Assembly: GCF_001194135.2 (NCBI RefSeq)
Contig: NC_068985.1
Location: 114,213,573-114,262,413 of the forward strand
Direction of reading: 5' to 3'
Source of the DNA: Octopus bimaculoides
Lineage: Eukaryota
Length of the DNA: 48,841 bases
The first letter of the stretch is position 1, and every line of letters begins with the position of its first letter. The position numbers were made by a program, and so were the translations under genes. Shown in pieces: positions 47,903-48,841 of this stretch. The notes below the pieces were generated by a model. The model searched no databases. It was not told the origin of the DNA and was given only the letters and a program-made list of their open reading frames with translations.

Positions 47903-48841
47903 GCACAACACAAACTTCTATACACATGCAGATATACATACATACATACATACATACATACATACATACATAATGTACACATGCATGTGCATATGTAGTT
48001 GCGCATAGAGAGAGAAGGATGGTTGGTATATAATTTCCTATTTGCATGAAAGCGCATGTAAGTGCGTAGAACAAAAAGTACAAAAAAAATTAAGCAAAAG
48101 AAAAACACAAAAGCAAAACACAAGAATCCTGTGTGTTGACTTGCACACAAACACAAAAGAACAGAGCACCAATCAATACAGTCAAATAATAATCAATTTG
48201 TTTCAATTGACATGGGTTCTGAAAAACCAATGATAGGTACTTGAACATCCGTGTGTGTGTGTGTGTGTGAGGTATGGTGTACATGAGTGAGTGAAATCAG
48301 CGTGTGCATGCAACGCAATATTGTTCTTGCTCTCTTTCTCATCTTCCTTGTTAATCTCAGTCTATTTCACGATACTTCGTGCATGAGGAAGAGAGTGAGC
48401 ACATGTAGGGAGTAATGTCACTTCTTCGGCTCTGTCTGTGTGTGTCTCTCTCTCTCTCTCTTTGCCACCACTTCTACTGACTTTCTCTTTAGCTCATGCT
48501 ACTTCACATAAACACACAAACACACACAAAAAAAAAAAACAAAAAAAAAAAGCAGAGCCTGGAAAACAGGCGCTAAATGATATTGACAGACAGATATAGA
48601 TTTTAAGATCTAGATTCAATCCTAGTGTAGCCTTGGGTTGACCAATACTTAGTGAATGGAATTTAAAAGAAGAAAACTATGTAGGAGTCTATCATAGAAT
48701 GTGTGTGCATGTTGGTGTGTACTTGTACTGTCGTATCTTGAAAAGGCTAAAAACTATTGCAGTTCATTTTGTATCATTTTTGTGTCTAGAAACTTTGTTG
48801 TCCAACAAAACATTTGTTAAAAGAAGTATATATATATATAT

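Overview
Eukaryotic, repeat-dense, AT-rich DNA with ten N gaps, mostly next to microsatellites. The SINE and microsatellite content resembles octopus (coleoid cephalopod) DNA; this is my inference, not database-checked. The only well-supported host gene is one 1.14-kb minus-strand coding exon (31508-32651). It encodes the signal peptide and most of the Sema domain of a plexin-A-like axon-guidance receptor, with clear splice sites. I found no next coding exon, so positions 1-31507 are probably one intron of more than 31 kb, and 32652-48841 is 5' intron or upstream sequence. The remainder consists of four interleaved SINE families (labelled A-D here), two TTAA/CCC...GGG MITE families (E, F), a decayed DD37D (maT) Tc1/mariner element with a nested Helitron-like insert, RTE-LINE fragments, and micro- and minisatellites. 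Three observations stand out. (1) A complete hammerhead-ribozyme core with all three stems, in a non-circularly permuted order, at 17881-17940 inside a dispersed repeat. (2) A 236-bp segment duplicated 1.35 kb away in circularly permuted order with a 2-bp junction microhomology, as expected from re-integration of a small DNA circle. (3) An RFX X-box followed by seven same-strand NF-Y-type CCAAT boxes upstream of the plexin exon. Repeat coordinates were read by eye and are good to about 10-20 bp. Family labels are mine, not database names.
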